From Octopus sinensis (lineage: Eukaryota), in NCBI RefSeq assembly GCF_006345805.1, contig NC_042998.1:32488001-32552000 (forward strand): a stretch of 64,000 bases of DNA, in the 5' to 3' direction. A program made the translations under genes and the position numbers. This document shows, piece after piece, positions 61,889 to 64,000 of this stretch (position 1 is the stretch's first letter; each line of letters opens with the position of its first letter). The notes beneath the pieces were generated by a model. It made no database searches. It had not been told where the DNA came from and saw only the letters and a program-made list of their open reading frames with translations.

Positions 61889-64000
61889 GTCCAGTTCAAG
61901 ATATCCAGTTGATAGAAAACCTGCAAACCAGTGGCCAACCATTTAAATAGCCGAGAGTACGTACAGGAAAATATGATCATTTGTAAACAATTTAGAAATA
62001 AGAGGCAGACATCATATTTTAACCCATTAGGTCCCACTGACCTATAAGTAGGACCCTAAATGAGAACATTAAATAAGCTTTATCACATTGTCTCAGTGTC
62101 CTAATCACAGGACACCGAGTATTTCCATTTCTAGAGGAGTTTTGATAATTATTTTTTTCCTTTTAAACTATTTTCAATCACACTCTTTTACTCTTTTATT
62201 TGTTTCAGTCATTTGACTGCGGCCATGCTGGAGCACCACCTTTAGTCAAGCAAATCGACCCCAGGACTTATTCTTTGTAAGCCTAGTACTTATTTTATCG
62301 GTCTCTTTTGTCGAACTGCTAAGTTATGGGGATGTAAACACACCAGCATCGGTTGTCAAGTGATGCTGGTGGGAGACAAACCAGATGCACAAACATATAC
62401 ACACACATACATATATATACATACATATATATGATGGGCTTCTTTCAGTTTCCGTCTACCAAACCCACTCAGAAGGCTTTGGTTGGCCCGAGGCTATAGT
62501 AGAAGACACTTGCCCAAGGTGCTATGCAGAGGGACTGAACCCAGAACCATGTGGTTTGTAAGCAGGCTACTTACTACACAGCCACTCCTACGTAAAAATT
62601 TGAAAGTAATATTCAGATATTCAAGTACTCTGGGACTTAAAGGGTTAAGCTCAATGGTGGATTTTGCCTCAGCTTTTATATGTGAACAACTTCATATACA
62701 AACTATATTAATTCTGACAGTGTTTTATTAGTGGGAAAAAAAATGCTCGAGTAAATGTCTCTATTTACTGATTTTGACTGTTAGAATCTGTTTTGCCTTT
62801 CATGTTTCTAATAAAGTACCAACATTATATAAGAGCAAGATCAGGTGATAACACATTTTTTTATTACAAAAGTTGTTCATGTTCAAAGCAAAAGATATGA
62901 CTTATTATTAATAAAAAAATATTGATTGATATACGTATAACTATTGTTATATATTTAACTAATTATTGACACATCTTTTATGATCTTCTTTACTCAGAGT
63001 AAAGAAAAGGATTATAATCAGCCTTATTTTAACATTAATTTTTGAATTTACAGTATGCAGCCTACCCTGGCACCTGTGCCGGTGGCACCTAAAAAGCACC
63101 ATCAGTATTTGGCCGATGCCAGCACTGCCTTGGCTGGCTTCTGTGTCGGTGGCACATAAAAACTACCAACTGATTGTGGCTGTTGCCAGCCTACCCTGGC
63201 ACCTGTGTCGGTGGCACGTAAAAAGCATCAACCGATCGTGGCTGTTGCCAGCCTCCCCTGGCATGTAAAAAGCACCCACTACACTCACGGAGTGGTTGGC
63301 GTTAGGAAGGGCATCCAGCTGTAGAAAGATTGCCAGATTAGACTGGAGTCTGGTGCAGCCTCCTGGCTTCCCAGACCCTGGTCGAACCGTCCAACCCATG
63401 CTAGCATGGAAAACGGACATTAAACGATGATGATGATGATGATGATGACAGTATCGAATACACCAGCACTTCTTAAACATTTTTCACTCATGACCCCATT
63501 TTTCTTCACAAGATTTTTTGCGACACCAGGAATTAGATATGAAACAAAACATACAAATATATGCATAAATCATTCATTTTTTTGTTTTGTTTTGCTGAAC
63601 ATATAAGAAAAAGTAGTTATATTATTCGTCAAAATAAAAGTAGTTTTAGGATTTGTGCATTTGTGAAATAACAGCTAAATGGAAATTCAAATGCTTGAAT
63701 TTAATTTTCGCGACCTCAGCATTTCGCTTTGTGACTCCATTCGGGGTCATGACTCACACTTTAAGAAGCACTGGAATAGATTATCAGATGTTGTTGTACA
63801 TGCTGGTCATGGTATGCTTCACACTGGTCAAAGTGTGGTGGGAGAGAATTGCAGACATAAGAACTTATGATATATACATATCATACAGGTGTGGTAAGAA
63901 GCTTGCTTCTCAACCACATGGTTCCGGGTTCAGTCCCACTGCATGGCACCTTGAGCAAGTGTCTTCCACTATAGCCTCGGGCCGACGAAAGCCTTGTGAG

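Overview
AT-rich animal DNA saturated with tRNA-derived SINEs, LINE fragments and microsatellites. The repeat make-up looks like an octopus or other coleoid cephalopod genome (inference, not verified). I found no intact multi-exon host gene; the best host-gene signal is one 33-nt candidate microexon at 39981-40013 (+). Most entries in the ORF track are simple-repeat or SINE artefacts. Recognisable mobile elements are a stop-free 5'-truncated RTE LINE with a PHD-like finger (478-1895), a second RTE fragment, a CR1 fragment with an inverted endonuclease piece, an R4/Dong-like LINE 3' end, a mariner fossil, a fragmented Gypsy element from gag to integrase (about 25400-32223, -), a full-length decayed Chapaev3-type DNA transposon with about 130-bp TIRs (48864-53259), a Charlie/Buster-type hAT with an 8-bp TSD, and piggyBac-like TTAA MITEs. 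The most interesting signal is a family of short non-coding foldback elements (18398, 25707, 36725, 57751). They look like MITEs, but two copies carry a minimal type I hammerhead ribozyme with covarying stems, a 330-344-nt terminally redundant monomer, and three copies share a terminal TAAATCTC-N5-7-GAGATTTA-like hairpin. This fits a Penelope-dependent, retrozyme-like retroelement. A separate 223-bp-arm palindrome at 8745-9192 also contains a hammerhead-like core. All alignments and translations were done by eye, so boundaries are approximate.
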